Positions 1 through 11,565 of a stretch of 39,636 bases of DNA are shown here, piece after piece. A model generated the notes under the pieces. That model saw nothing but the letters and a program-made list of their open reading frames with translations. It was not told the DNA's origin and made no database searches. Source of the stretch: Paraphysomonas bandaiensis (lineage: Eukaryota; Protista; Chrysophyceae); contig CBFFRP010000063.1 in assembly GCA_965644295.1 (NCBI GenBank), positions 1-39,636 on the forward strand, given 5' to 3'. The translations under genes and the position numbers were made by a program. Position 1 is the stretch's first letter; every line of letters begins with the position of its first letter.

Positions 1-52
1 GAACTGAGGAACTACTCCTCTATCCTCCTTCTCTCCTCCTCGCTCGCTACCA

Positions 53-254
53 TGTTGGGAAATGCTCATTTTACTTAGATCAAAGAGAGATTAAGTTGTT
101 AGACTAGATAGATTTATTAATATCGTTTACACGAATTGTGTTAAACAACACAAGCTCGTTTTGTGCCATGCATAAATCACTACTTCTGTAGACCTTTCGC
201 TACTAAACATATCTTGAAAGAGCAAACTATTTCAGTTTTCTCAATATCATAACA
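53..254 (-). mobile_element. Putative 5' LTR (202 bp) of an LTR retrotransposon whose body runs off the window start
   Basis: On the minus strand the segment reads TGTTATGAT...CCCAACA (TG..CA with TGTT/AACA inverted ends) and contains AATAAA. It is followed directly by a PBS-like TGGTAGCGAG (52..43). The partner LTR is not in the window. Confidence 0.55.
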
Positions 255-344
255 GCATCTACACATCACCATACTTCACTGTATTCTCGTACATTGTCTT
301 CAAGTACCACATTGAATATACTAGGATACAGTCCATATTCTAAT

Positions 345-506
345 ACTTCACTCTGATACCCTACTATTTAACGCTACGAAAGCTGCTTGTGCGTCACCGC
401 AAACACCAAGGTGCAACCACTTTCGTACTCTGTCCTTAAGGTGAACTAGCTCGGATGCTTGACTTTAAAAGGCAGTCCAATACCCCGGATTCCCTTGAGG
501 TGGGCC
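345..506 (+). repeat. Dispersed repeat family A, copy 1
   Basis: Shares blocks such as ctactattt..cgctacg, ggtgcaaccactttcg, ccttaaggtgaac and caataccccggat..ccttgaggtgggcc with the reverse complement of 29848-30040, and more loosely with 6447-6716. Confidence 0.75.
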
Positions 507-653
507 TGCCCCATATTGACAGCGTAACTAATTACTGCGTGCCGCCCTCTAGTGGGTGCTGCTGAGTGTTGCGAACGCGCACCTCTATCTATGTACACAT
601 TGCTCAGTTCAGCAGTTCCCCACTCCGGGTTCTCACTGCATATTCAGTGCTGA

Positions 654-718
654 ATACCATGTGATAATGATGTAGCTAGTTGAGTTCAGTAGGTAGCTAC
701 ATCATTATCACATGGTAT
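654..718. repeat. Perfect 25-bp inverted repeat with 15-nt loop
   Basis: ataccatgtgataatgatgtagcta (654-678) is the exact reverse complement of tagctacatcattatcacatggtat (694-718). Confidence 0.9.
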
Positions 719-1486
719 GGGACTTAAATCAAGTATTAGTTAGGTACCCACCCGGACCCCACCCTGCTCTACCTAAGTACGCGCTCAGAATGGGACACAT
801 ACCATTACTATACAAGTGTCTAATTCTCTACCACGATGAGTGCAGTAGCTGATTTTTATTGACAGAAGTAGTGTACATCATCGAAGTATTGACTAATTAC
901 GAGCATAACAAAACGGCATACTATTATGGAATATCATTACACTCCGTCAGGCCCTCCTCCCAAGTACGATGTACGAGTCCTTGTTTTTCAAGCAGCCAGA
1001 ACTGATAGAGCGTTTACAATTTACAATTCCCATCAGTCTAACTTCTTTGATATTTTTGCAGTTTTGATTCATAATAACTGAAACCTTTGATTAAAATGGC
1101 ATTTTCTGAATGCAGTAATATACAATCATAATGAGGTAGATATTTCATGAAGTGTATAATAAGTATTGAAATATCACATGAATGAAATCAAAGAACATGT
1201 TTGGTTGTCCTTTCTACTATATGTAGATTCAGCATATATATATGATGCAATAACTGCGAACTGTTAGGATACATAGCACAGACAGGCTACCAATTGACTC
1301 TTTCATAAATAGGGTAGGGGGTAGGTTATTGCTCACGTAGCCCACCATCATAAATATAGCCATATTAAAAATAAATGCATATTATGTAGTTATTTTCGTT
1401 TTCTTTGTACTTTTAGTTGTTCGAAACTACAAAATCTTAATCCAGCGAAACTACACCACCTCAATATCCGTTGTCGTCACAGCATA

Positions 1487-3742
1487 TTAAATACGAGTGA
1501 CAATATTCTCCCACAAACCAATCCACCACTCACCGGGCTCTACAATGCGATTCTGCTCCCGCCAACGTGTTATGCAATGCCTGAGGAAGTCATGAGGTAT
1601 GATATCATTTATACGGATAATATTGTGGCAAAGCGGACAGGGACCTTCATGGCGATTAGCAAAATAGTGAATAATAGCATCGCGTTCAAAAGTACATCCA
1701 TACTTATCCATCACAGGATCGTTCATTATTTCCAATGTCAGCGGACAAACGAAGTCAACAGGCACACGATCTCTATTGAGATAGAACCCATCTTGATCGG
1801 GAAGGCGTTGAAGTGTGTGAATCAATCCGGTAATGATAGACAAAGTATTTTGATTCAATACTTGAACAGGCTGGGTGTGGCGCAGAATCGCTGCTTGCAA
1901 TGAGTCTACTTCCCTCTGCAGGTTGCCGCGATACAAACACTGACAACACAGCAGACGAGTCACCTGATTATAAATTTCAACATCATTTGGACCTGTCTGT
2001 CTTGCTCCATATACGCTCTGATAAGTGAAATCGGTGCGAATCTGATCGGCGAGAGTCGCAACATCGAACGCATGTCGCATTATTTCAGTTGTGCGGTGCT
2101 GCCAGCGGTCAACATCGATGCGAAGGCTGTTTGCGAATCCTATTGGTTGCTCTTGCCACTGACTCTCTAGTTGGCGAACTTCGTTACTAAATGTAGCGAA
2201 GTGCCCCATCAGATTTCGGATTTCTCTATCCTTAGCTCGAACCCACGCGCTGCTTATATCAGTGTTGATATTAATGTATTGGCGCGCTTGGCCCAACGAA
2301 ACAAATATTCCTCTGCGGACGGTGTCCATAGTAGCTTCCCAAGTCTTCCAATGAATATTACCCCAATTACCAGTGCCACGAATATGATGATACAATTGGG
2401 AAAAGTTATCAGGATTGGAAAACGTGCTAGCGTAATCATTCATGAGTGTATCAATCGCTGCGCGAATGTTTCGGATCAGGTCATCCAAATTGACCTGCGG
2501 GAAATTAGGTGGAGGATTTCGCAAGTTTTTTAGTTCACTTAGCATGCCGATGACTTCAGTCATCGCGTCCTCCATAGCATTTAAAGTTTCACCCTGCGTT
2601 GTGCCAAGGTATCTCAACCTGTTGCGCCAGTAATCCATGCCGAATCGATCTTCCGCACTTCTTGAAACATTCGATACGAATTTGACTGGTATGCGCACTT
2701 CTCTACGAACATCGCCCGCGTCATTCTTACACAAGACTTTAATGATATGGTTTCTAGCAGTTGCTTCCATCTCTTCGAAGTCCAGATCTGCTGGTGTACG
2801 GGGACCTTCGCCACAGTCATCGTCCGTGCCCAACAGAACATCGGCATGCGTACATACAACAGAAACTTTTTTCATGCGCGATGATGTCGCACACAGCTCT
2901 CGAAAAGCCTGTTGTTCTTGTTTCTCTTTCAGAAATCTACTTGTCCGATCCGTGAACCAAATCTGCTGCCAAGAATCCACAGCCTCAAGGGCTCGCTGGG
3001 ACTTCATATCCACCGCATCAAAGAGACCGGGAGAATCCACCACTATCACATTGCTGGGAAGGTGTTCAAAGTTTCCTTCGATGCGAATGAAATCCACAGT
3101 CATGGCCTGCCATTGATCGGGTGGCGCATTGTCCTCAGGTAGATGAGAATAGATCGTCAGGGCCTCTCGTAACTCCTTCATGGAGTCTCGCTCAAGCACT
3201 AGTGGCTGGCGCCCAATGTTCTGTAAGAGTACACGGTTTTCTTCGTTTGGAGTTAGTGGAGTGGGATTCGCATAGCTGAGGTCGTTACTGAAGCAGTGCC
3301 TTATCAGAGTCATTATAGCTTCGAGTCTGCTATTTCCTTCGACTGACCGATTCCCCTTCAGCATTATCGCCACATATTCAAGGCGATCCTCCATAGTTTG
3401 GGTTGATATGAAATACACCGTTGCTTTGTATGTCTTCATGTCTGGCCGAGAGACAATCTCACTCACCACTGAAGTGGATGACTCTGCCAGTGCACCCGCT
3501 GTAACAACAGTCTCTTGAAGTAACTGATTGATGAATCGCGATTTACCCACTCCTGTGCCGCCATAGAGAGCAACTTTTGTTGGATTTAAGTTAGTTAAAA
3601 TCGTATCGCATCTGTTGATCACGTCACTGATATGGGGCCGAACATCAGCCGCTGTGTCTTCACTCGTTAGTATCTTCTGAAGACACTCAATAATCATACG
3701 GCATTTCGCCTGAACATTTGCTCGTCTAACATCATCCGCCAT
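1487..3742 (-). CDS. Dynamin-like GTPase (SLIP-GC/NUGGC type) fused to a C-terminal U-box domain; intronless, ~751 aa from MADDVRR
   Basis: G1 GGTGVGKS, G2 STS, G3 DSPG, G4-like THAD. SLIP-GC-like motifs YKATVYFIS and HWKTWEAT..RRGIF. U-box DFVCPLTLEIMNDPV..GCTFERDAI..CPLC..LRHCITRW. The first 61 codons of the listed ORF look like UTR. Confidence 0.85.
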   Translation of the reverse strand: MADDVRRANVQAKCRMIIECLQKILTSEDTAADVRPHISDVINRCDTILTNLNPTKVALYGGTGVGKSRFINQLLQETVVTAGALAESSTSVVSEIVSRPDMKTYKATVYFISTQTMEDRLEYVAIMLKGNRSVEGNSRLEAIMTLIRHCFSNDLSYANPTPLTPNEENRVLLQNIGRQPLVLERDSMKELREALTIYSHLPEDNAPPDQWQAMTVDFIRIEGNFEHLPSNVIVVDSPGLFDAVDMKSQRALEAVDSWQQIWFTDRTSRFLKEKQEQQAFRELCATSSRMKKVSVVCTHADVLLGTDDDCGEGPRTPADLDFEEMEATARNHIIKVLCKNDAGDVRREVRIPVKFVSNVSRSAEDRFGMDYWRNRLRYLGTTQGETLNAMEDAMTEVIGMLSELKNLRNPPPNFPQVNLDDLIRNIRAAIDTLMNDYASTFSNPDNFSQLYHHIRGTGNWGNIHWKTWEATMDTVRRGIFVSLGQARQYININTDISSAWVRAKDREIRNLMGHFATFSNEVRQLESQWQEQPIGFANSLRIDVDRWQHRTTEIMRHAFDVATLADQIRTDFTYQSVYGARQTGPNDVEIYNQVTRLLCCQCLYRGNLQREVDSLQAAILRHTQPVQVLNQNTLSIITGLIHTLQRLPDQDGFYLNRDRVPVDFVCPLTLEIMNDPVMDKYGCTFERDAIIHYFANRHEGPCPLCHNIIRINDIIPHDFLRHCITRWREQNRIVEPGEWWIGLWENIVTRI

Positions 3743-4161
3743 GTGTGTAACTTGTGGTGTTGTTGTGATGCTCTGGGTGTATGATAATATAATGAGATCG
3801 TGTAGATATGAATATACAGAGAGAAGACACGCAACATCAGCATGAATAAGTGGTGGAGGATGATTGTGTTGCCCCACTAGTAGAATATTCGAAAAGATGT
3901 AGGCGTCTGGTCTACTTGAATACATGCATCTGTAGAGTTTCTAAAGCAGCATCTTTTTCCAACTATGGACAAAACAATCCCAACATGCATCTACATATGA
4001 ACACACAGGAGCGGGCGGTATACACCGCTGGACATGGACATGTAGATGTATACGTACCTCAATAATACACGTACAGTCACACACGTTTTTAACAAAAAAA
4101 AACTACCCACAAATCCTACCTTTTCTAATTTATTTGGACAAACTACAGCATACACAGGTAC

Positions 4162-4550
4162 TGTATGTATGTATGTATGTATGTATGTATGTATGTATGT
4201 ATGTATGTATGTATGTATGTATGTATGTATGTATGTATGTATGTATGTATGTATGTATGTATGTATGTATGTATGTATGTATGTATGTATGTATGTATGT
4301 ATGTATGTATGTATGTATGTATGTATGTATGTATGTATGTATGTATGTATGTATGTATGTATGTATGTATGTATGTATGTATGTATGTATGTATGTATGT
4401 ATGTATGTATGTATGCATGTATGTATGTATGTATGTATGTATGTATGTATGTATGTATGTATGTATGTATGTATGTATGTATGTATGTATGTATGTATGT
4501 ATGTATGTATGTATGTATGTATGTATGTATGTATGTATGTATGTATGTAT
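4162..4550. repeat. (ATGT)n microsatellite, ~97 units
   Basis: Near-perfect tetranucleotide array with a single ATGC variant. Confidence 0.98.
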
Positions 4551-4641
4551 ATCTAGATATTGGTAGGTAGGTACGAGGTAGGTAGGTATGTTTCGCAGTG
4601 TTCTCAAGTTGAGTATCGTATATATCAGTGAAGGATAGAGC

Positions 4642-6071
4642 ATGTATATATTACGACTTCGAGTGGCGCTATTCCTTGCACTCCTGTCGTACATCGGCAG
4701 TGCATCTGACCACTCTGTCAGCGAGGGGTCGGGTCTGCACGTGTCTTTCACAGGGTATGTATGTCTGTCCGTTCGTTCCTCTCTAGCGGCGTATGCTTAG
4801 TGTGATATCAGGTGGCGGAATTCTCCCCAATCATATGGTATTGTGTGCATGAAGTTGCTTCTCGCCCTTCACAGGTATCACTATCATGCTTATGTGTCAC
4901 GGGCTCAGTCTGTTGCCAGGCGACAAGGCGAGACGATGAGGCTGAGCTTCTTCGATGCTCCCAATTATGGAGCTATGTCTAGAAAGAACGATATATCATT
5001 GGAGTCTATATTCTCTGATGATGACATTGAAACCATTAGAAGTATTCCTCGTCGAGAGAAGGATGATCCAGTAGATGTGGAGTTACGGTTTACATACCCA
5101 CATGATATACGCCCACCTGTTTGGCCACACACAATTTTATTTGTATTCGTGACGGCGGAGTTTTACGTACATAAGCCAATTCAGAATTTGATTATGACCG
5201 AAAAGCCCTGGTTTATCATTATGCCGTCATTCTGGTCAGCTCGCATCATGACTGACTTCGGGGGAGTGCCTCTGAGTAAAATATTCTTATTACCGCATGG
5301 GTACGATAAGCGCGTAATATACCCAATTCCTCTGCGTAGTTTGGGGTGCCAGAGCCTTCGCGAGGAATTAGGTGTGCCTATGGAGGGTATATTACTTCTC
5401 AACGTGGGGGCAGGTACACAAAATAAAAACGTGGAGCTGCTGATAGAGGTTTTTGCCAAACTTAGTGAGGACTATCCCAGCTCAGCGCTGGTTGTGAAGA
5501 CTATGACTGATTTATATTCCTCAGCTATGAATATTCAGGATGCTGTCATGCAAAGTAGGAGTATGACATCCTCTGTGTTATGGTGAGGGTCTTGCTGTAC
5601 TATTCCCTGTATGATTACTTGTGAGGGTGTGTTCATAGTATTTGTAGGCTGGATGGCATTTACCCCGACGAGATTATGGGCACCATATACAGATGTGCAG
5701 ATGTGTACGTTAGTCCATATATGGCGGAGGGCTTCAATATTCCAGTACTTGAAAGCCTTGCTTCTGGAGTTCCAGTTGTTGTATCCCGAGGAGGTCCCAC
5801 TGACGAGTTCGTTTCATCAGAGAGCGGCTTATTTGTTGATACGACTATTTTACAGTACTTAGATGACGGCATGCCGGTGCGCTACCTACAAGTGAATGAG
5901 ACCTCATTAAAAGAAACCTTAAAGTTCGTAATGGATGATTTCTATTATGGAAACAAGGCTTGGCTGTCGAAGGCCAGAAAAGCCGCGGCTCCTTCTGTCG
6001 TTACCTACGAGTGGACTGAAATTGCGGGGAAGTTGCAAGGCTTTATCGATGTTGGGCTAGATATTGTTTGA
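4642..6071 (+). CDS. Glycosyltransferase family 4 (GT-B fold) with N-terminal signal peptide/anchor; 3 exons (introns 4755-4811, 5583-5647)
   Basis: Spliced product reads MYILRLRVALFLALLSYIG...FTG|WRNSPQSYGIV...SVLW|LDGIYP. Motifs PHGYD, NVGAGTQNKN and the GT4 E-x7-E motif ADVYVSPYMAEGFNIPVLE. Both GT..AG introns keep frame. Confidence 0.85.
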
Positions 6072-6122
6072 ATTCAGATTACTAGTAAATATGTATACTC
6101 ATGTAGGGGTATATATGTATAT

Positions 6123-6230
6123 CATGGATAGGTAACAATATATTGCAATACTATTGTCAGATAGCGTCCCATCAATAATATAGCGATACTGTTATAACCG
6201 ACCCAACTATATATTGCTATATATTAGTAT
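6123..6230 (+). mobile_element. Degenerate partial copy of the hAT-type MITE
   Basis: catggataggtaacaatatattgcaatactattgtcagatagcgtcccatcaata matches the left end of the element at 13669. Confidence 0.7.
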
Positions 6231-6446
6231 TAGTAACCAGCAAATAAATACAACATGCATATATTCCATATGAAATACCAGTCATTGATATACAATATCA
6301 ATATGTATTATATTTTATACTATACAAGTATATAAGTCTTACATCTTACATATTATATGTATTATTACCGTAAGTAAACAATTATAATTTATTAAAAATA
6401 CCTTGAAACAAAGCCAGTAGTAAATGTCTTATTAGTAGGCGTTTTA

Positions 6447-6716
6447 AGAGTCAGAACTAATTTAGCATTGCTATATTACTGACTAGTGCTTCACCTGATA
6501 TCCGATATCCTTCTATTTTACGCTACGAACGCTGTGTGTGCAAGCAACAAGGTGCAACCCCTTGCGCACTATCACTCGAAGCAAACGAAGCGAGTAAGCG
6601 GAATACATACCTGACACCTCACATCTGCTAACTGCTAACTTGCTTAAGGATTTTATGAGTCTTTAATGTGAACAGCCCAGATACTCTTGACTCTTGACTC
6701 ACCAGGCAGCGGGCCC
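6447..6716 (+). repeat. Dispersed repeat family A, copy 2 (diverged, ~90-bp internal insertion)
   Basis: aagagtcagaactaat, actagtgct, gatatccttctatttt-cgctacg, ggtgcaacc, gtgaacagcccagat and ggcagcgggccc align in order with the reverse complement of 29848-30040. Confidence 0.65.
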
Positions 6717-7125
6717 AAAGCCATTGATTTATATGGCTATACTTAGTGGATGAATGTAAAAGTTCTATAATTACTGAGATATATGACAAAGTGTGACGAT
6801 CCGTCCTTCCTCTATCCTTAAAGTTCTACTTTTCATCAAAACTTATGTTTCCGGCTCTATCCTTGCATGTTAGCTTCGCTTACCTCCTACATCGTTAACT
6901 CCACTTTTTTATGGTTACTTCGATAATTTCTTCACTCATACTCCCTACTTTGATGTATATCAAAAGACGAGAAACGCCATTCGTAACTAATTGTTTCTTA
7001 AAATGATATTAATAAAATGTTTATTACATCACCATGCAGCAAAAACACATTATTGACATATATTCCTATCCTCTTATTTGATAAACTGTCAGATAAGCAT
7101 GATAGACAGATAGGTCATAGGTATA

Positions 7126-7965
7126 TTACAGATTACCAACATCAGACACAACTTTTCTTTTCTTTGACCTGGGAATGATATTGCCATCACTGTCCCTTCG
7201 TGCACTCATTGCGTCATATATACTATTTATGTATCTCTTTGAGGCTTTTACCCTTGCGGGGAACTTGTCGTACTTTTCCTGACCAAATAAATCAACTATA
7301 ACACGCATTTCAACTCTTTCAGCTAGGCATTTTAAATTAGTCTTCCATTCTACGTAGGAAGTAGACTGATTTTCCATGCAGGGTTTTGGCTCAACAAGAA
7401 ACCCCATCTCGTCATCATTCATTAGGGATAGAGCTTTGTTCAATGCTCGATTTAGTTTCTTTCTTTTGTTGACATTGTCCACCATAGGGTACCTCTTTCC
7501 TACTACTTTATGTAATTCGAATTCGTAATAGTCAATAATAACAGTTGATAAACATAACTTTTCTATAGTTTTATATGGAATGAAGGTTGTATTAGGCAGG
7601 CGCTGCATGTTTAATCTCATAAATGGAAATGCATTTCTTGTAGTAGGGGATGGTCCATGGGAAGGTACTTCAACACTGGGATGCAAGACATCAGATGATG
7701 TAGGCATCTGGGGTGGAGTCTCTGAAGTTCGTTCAGTGGTATCAGTTGAAATCTTTCGAATGCAATTTAAAATATCCATAATAACTGCGTCTTGAGTTTC
7801 TAATTTCTTGTGAAGATCATTTATCGCAATAGTTTGGGCGTCATATTTTCTATGGAGCTCCTGTATATGCTCACGAAGAACGAGATTTTCCTGATGAACA
7901 TCATCTGCGTTTCTTGTGTCTACGTAACTGTTAGTTCTGGTATCCTCATCGCCGACTTTTCTCAT
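7126..7965 (-). CDS. Hypothetical protein (279 aa) with N-terminal coiled coil and C-terminal basic NLS-like motif; possibly transposon-derived
   Basis: Long intronless ORF. Heptad stretch ENLVLREHIQEL..IMDIL, a P/S/T-rich linker, and PRSKKRKV near the C-terminus. No family recognised. Confidence 0.6.
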   Translation of the reverse strand: MRKVGDEDTRTNSYVDTRNADDVHQENLVLREHIQELHRKYDAQTIAINDLHKKLETQDAVIMDILNCIRKISTDTTERTSETPPQMPTSSDVLHPSVEVPSHGPSPTTRNAFPFMRLNMQRLPNTTFIPYKTIEKLCLSTVIIDYYEFELHKVVGKRYPMVDNVNKRKKLNRALNKALSLMNDDEMGFLVEPKPCMENQSTSYVEWKTNLKCLAERVEMRVIVDLFGQEKYDKFPARVKASKRYINSIYDAMSARRDSDGNIIPRSKKRKVVSDVGNL

Positions 7966-8912
7966 GCTTATTATGGTAGTTGATTTGATACTATTATGAT
8001 GTGCTCACTGTGGTCCTTCTGTCACTGTGTGCCTCCTGTTCACTGTGTTGGAATAGATACAACATGAGGGGGGTGTATGTACTGTGACATAGCAAACCAT
8101 ACACTGCTGTATATCATACTGATCTACCTCTCACACTCCACACTCCACACTCCTCCATTGTGTGGAGTGCAAAATATACAGCTTTTTTCTAAAAATCGAC
8201 AATATTTGCAGAATTCTTGGCACTTTTCTCATAACACATCACCCAATCACATCGTCTCGTTCTATATATGATACTGTTCCAAGTTAAGCCTTCAGCGACA
8301 CGACTGAAGGAGCATATATACATACATGCATACATCAATAGGGTGGACGTAGCTCTGCTGAGCCCGTATGCTGTTTTCATTTTCAGCTGTTTGTATATAC
8401 AGTCACCTATATATGTATAACTGTTTGAGCTCATACGATACTTATACAGATAGATGACTGATGAGGAAGAAGAGGTGGAGAACTCAGAGACTGGGACATA
8501 CCTGTTGGAGCTGTGTCCTGGAGGAACCATTATTATAACTATGTCGACAGCTTCACTGATGACATCATTCAGTTCATCGATACTGAATACTGTATACTTG
8601 GATTGAGAATGTCAACACTTAGATGCCGTGTTGCATTTGGTGTTTGAGCTGGAAATGTACATTACCGTCTTATTCTTGAGCCAATGGATACAGAGAAGTC
8701 TTTTTTCTCGCGGCTCATTCCGACCTCCCGAATGTGTTCGCATTTGGTTTAAGAACCATGTTGAGTTACGCCGTATGATACGATATATATTACAATGGAA
8801 GTGAGTTAATAGTGTCTTTGCAATAGGTGAAATCAACTCGTACTTTTAATGGGTAAATATAGTTTCAAATGAAGTAATTTCGGTGACTGGTGAATGACTA
8901 TTTACTATAAAA

Positions 8913-9020
8913 CAGGGCTAGGGAACAATATATTGCAACACTATAGTTAGATAGCATCGCACCAATAATATTGATGAAGCTTTTAATCCTACCCAACAAT
9001 ACTATTGCAATATATTGTAA
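8913..9020 (+). mobile_element. Partial copy of the hAT-type MITE
   Basis: cagggctagggaacaatatattgcaacactatagttagatagc matches the left TIR and subterminal region at 13669. Confidence 0.75.
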
Positions 9021-9204
9021 TGTGGTAGTATCGGCATTCAGTAAGGACACAGTTGCGTAGATTTTATATTTAGTACTAGCCATTACAATCACATGATAAC
9101 CAAACCCACTACGCTGCCAGACAAAGACTACCTGCAGCTTAGCTAGTCACATCTTTCTTCTAACTCATACTCTGAGCCATCATCGTTACTATCAACATTT
9201 TTTC

Positions 9205-9425
9205 AAAATTAATTGAAATATGCATTTGAGTTTGGAGTCGTCTACAAGGGCGGTGATATCGGAATTCTGTCTAACAGTAGGAATCAAATCAGTCACTATC
9301 TTTCAGGTTCTGCTCAAGTGACCGCTGGATGTAGTGACTGATATGATTCCTACTGTTACACAGAATTCCGATATCACCGCTCTTGTAGACGACTCCAAAC
9401 TCAAATGCATATTTCAATTAATTTT
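9205..9425. repeat. Long foldback: 94-bp inverted arms (3 mismatches) with a 33-nt loop
   Basis: 9205-9298 pairs with 9332-9425. One of the three mismatches would be a G-U pair in plus-strand RNA. Confidence 0.92.
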
Positions 9426-10242
9426 CACTATCATCTACTAAGTTAAATGGACGTGTACTCACTCATTAATCTTGCTTGTTATAATTATTATAATCTATAT
9501 CTCTTCTCATTCATCGATTTCATTTTATCTTTACGACCAATCATTTCTCGTAGGATCTTACATCGTCGCTATCTTGTATGATCAATATCTTATATTCTGT
9601 TTTATTACTACAGTAGCTATCATGTTGTTAGTTCTCGTAATACTGTTAACCACTACTGTATTATTCGACTAACGGTCATAATTCCAATACCTTAGAACTA
9701 CAGCCTTTATTGCTCAAACAGCAAAACTCAACACTCCCTCCAATTCAAAGCTGTACAGACAGTCACAATGTGTAATCAATGGATATCAGAACGACTACGT
9801 TAAATACTATAATTGGCTAGGTTGAGTCATTAATTGCTTTGACTAGGTTTTTACACCGAAAATAGTACGACTAGGAAATTCAACCAAATTGACTAGGTTG
9901 AATAATATATCTCGTGAACATATGCTAAACAGATTATACTGAGAACAGATGTTTCGTGATTGTGTTGAGGTTTAAAATTCATACTTGAATGTACGTTGTA
10001 TGCAACAAAACGAGTTTAAGGTTGACATGTAGATCGTTAACTTCACTGCTTCAGTGTAAAGTCCAATTCTAACATTGTAGTAGCATGTCATAGGCGTAAT
10101 AAGAGTTAACTAGCACTCCTTGCATAATAACTGTAAACGTAAACTACACAACGCCCAACATCTTAATTAAATTAACACCCTTGCTACAAGAGACATTTTA
10201 TCGTCTGGGTAGCTGCAAGGCAAAAATGGTCAGAAAAACAAC

Positions 10243-11565
10243 CTACACCTGCGATACTTCCCTAAGCATGTTATTGGATCCCACGTCCATGGGACTTCTC
10301 AAAACTTTATTATTTTCCTCGAGGAGATGTATAATTTCTTCAGTGTTTCGTCGAACACGCTCATCATCAGCGAGAACTCCCATTGATAAATACATTTCAT
10401 TTTGCTCCTTCAAGGAGTTAATCAATAGGCTTCGGCGTTTAAATTCCGAGTCCTCGGCTGACAAGACTTTAGTATCTCCACGTCGAATCACTTTTTTCGC
10501 AGAATTGGGTTTCTTTCTCTTCAATGCCGGACCTTCTTCGTTCGAGGCAGGATTGCTCTTGTCATGTGAAATGTTCAACGTATCCAGCGATCTCCGGCTT
10601 ACTCTTGGGACGTCACTATCATCTCCAAAAGCTTCAATGTCATCCGTTTTTTCAGATACGAAGTAACCCCGACAGCTGCTACCTGCTGGATAACCAAGGT
10701 ATACAAAAGTCAGCCACCAAGATGGATAGAAAGTCGGATCGAACTTGTATTTATTCTCAATCTTTCCTTTGATATCTTCCATATGCAATGACACTTGGAA
10801 TTGGTCTTCACCCTTGTGTTGTCGCTTGTACTGTTGGTGAACCGCATTCCTGGCTAGTTCAAAAGCTCTTTTCGGCCAAAGACGCTTTCGGATAGACAGC
10901 AGTAAGGACGACACATTGATCCCAGGTGGAAGTTTTGCAGGATCAACCCAAAGTGGATTCGCTAATCCATTAATATCCCGTTTTGCACTATGGTACGCCG
11001 ATCTCACTTTGTTACCAAAGAAAATAATCTTTCTCTCTTCAACTGATGTATCAAGCAGTTTACGGGCTCGAAGAAATGACTTGGGTGCATCCGAATCCTT
11101 CAAAGTGGACACATAATTTATGAAACCCTCATCCCAGTTGTTTCCATCAAAGTAGCGAAGAATTCCATTACGATATTCATCTTTCAAATGAGCATCTCTC
11201 ATCCATACATCAAACTGATACGCAAAGGTCTTAAGAAGCTCGTTGGTGGCCATGACAGTATCCTCACAGCTCTCGCCAGCAAGACATGAGACAAAAGTAA
11301 ACAAGTTCTCATAAAGCATTTTACTTCCATTCCTTCCCACTGTATACATCATTATACAGACATGATTAGATCATAGTATTCTCTTACCTCCCTCTCTAGC
11401 CGCATCCATCACCCCTTTAACCTCATGCGTGTCAGGGACATCACTCTCTAGCTCCAGTAGATCGATAAGCTCAGATTCAGATAATCTAAGCACATCCGAG
11501 ATGATACTTGACCCATCAAGGCCATTCACTTCAATACTTCCAATGATAGTATCTGTAGAATCCAT
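10243..11565 (-). CDS. Hypothetical protein (~424 aa), 2 exons (intron 11340-11387); basic NLS-like tract and C-terminal coiled coil
   Basis: The ORFs at 11371-11652 and 10243-11352 join in frame through a 48-nt GTAAG..CTAAT..CAG intron. Contains LKRKKP and an aromatic motif FYPSWWLTFVYLGYP. Confidence 0.7.

Noticed and set aside
1577-3142. Plus-strand ORFs overlapping the GTPase, and similar antisense ORFs over the EML, HDAC and oxidoreductase genes
   Set aside because: Shadow ORFs of well-supported genes on the opposite strand, without motifs.
3743-3925. 61-aa N-terminal extension of the GTPase ORF
   Set aside because: Composition is UTR-like, and the ATG at 3742 directly precedes the helical lead-in to the GTPase domain.
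4046-4751. ORFs encoding MYVC/HTYI repeats (also 31643-32284)
   Set aside because: Artefacts of translating the stop-free (ATGT)n microsatellites.
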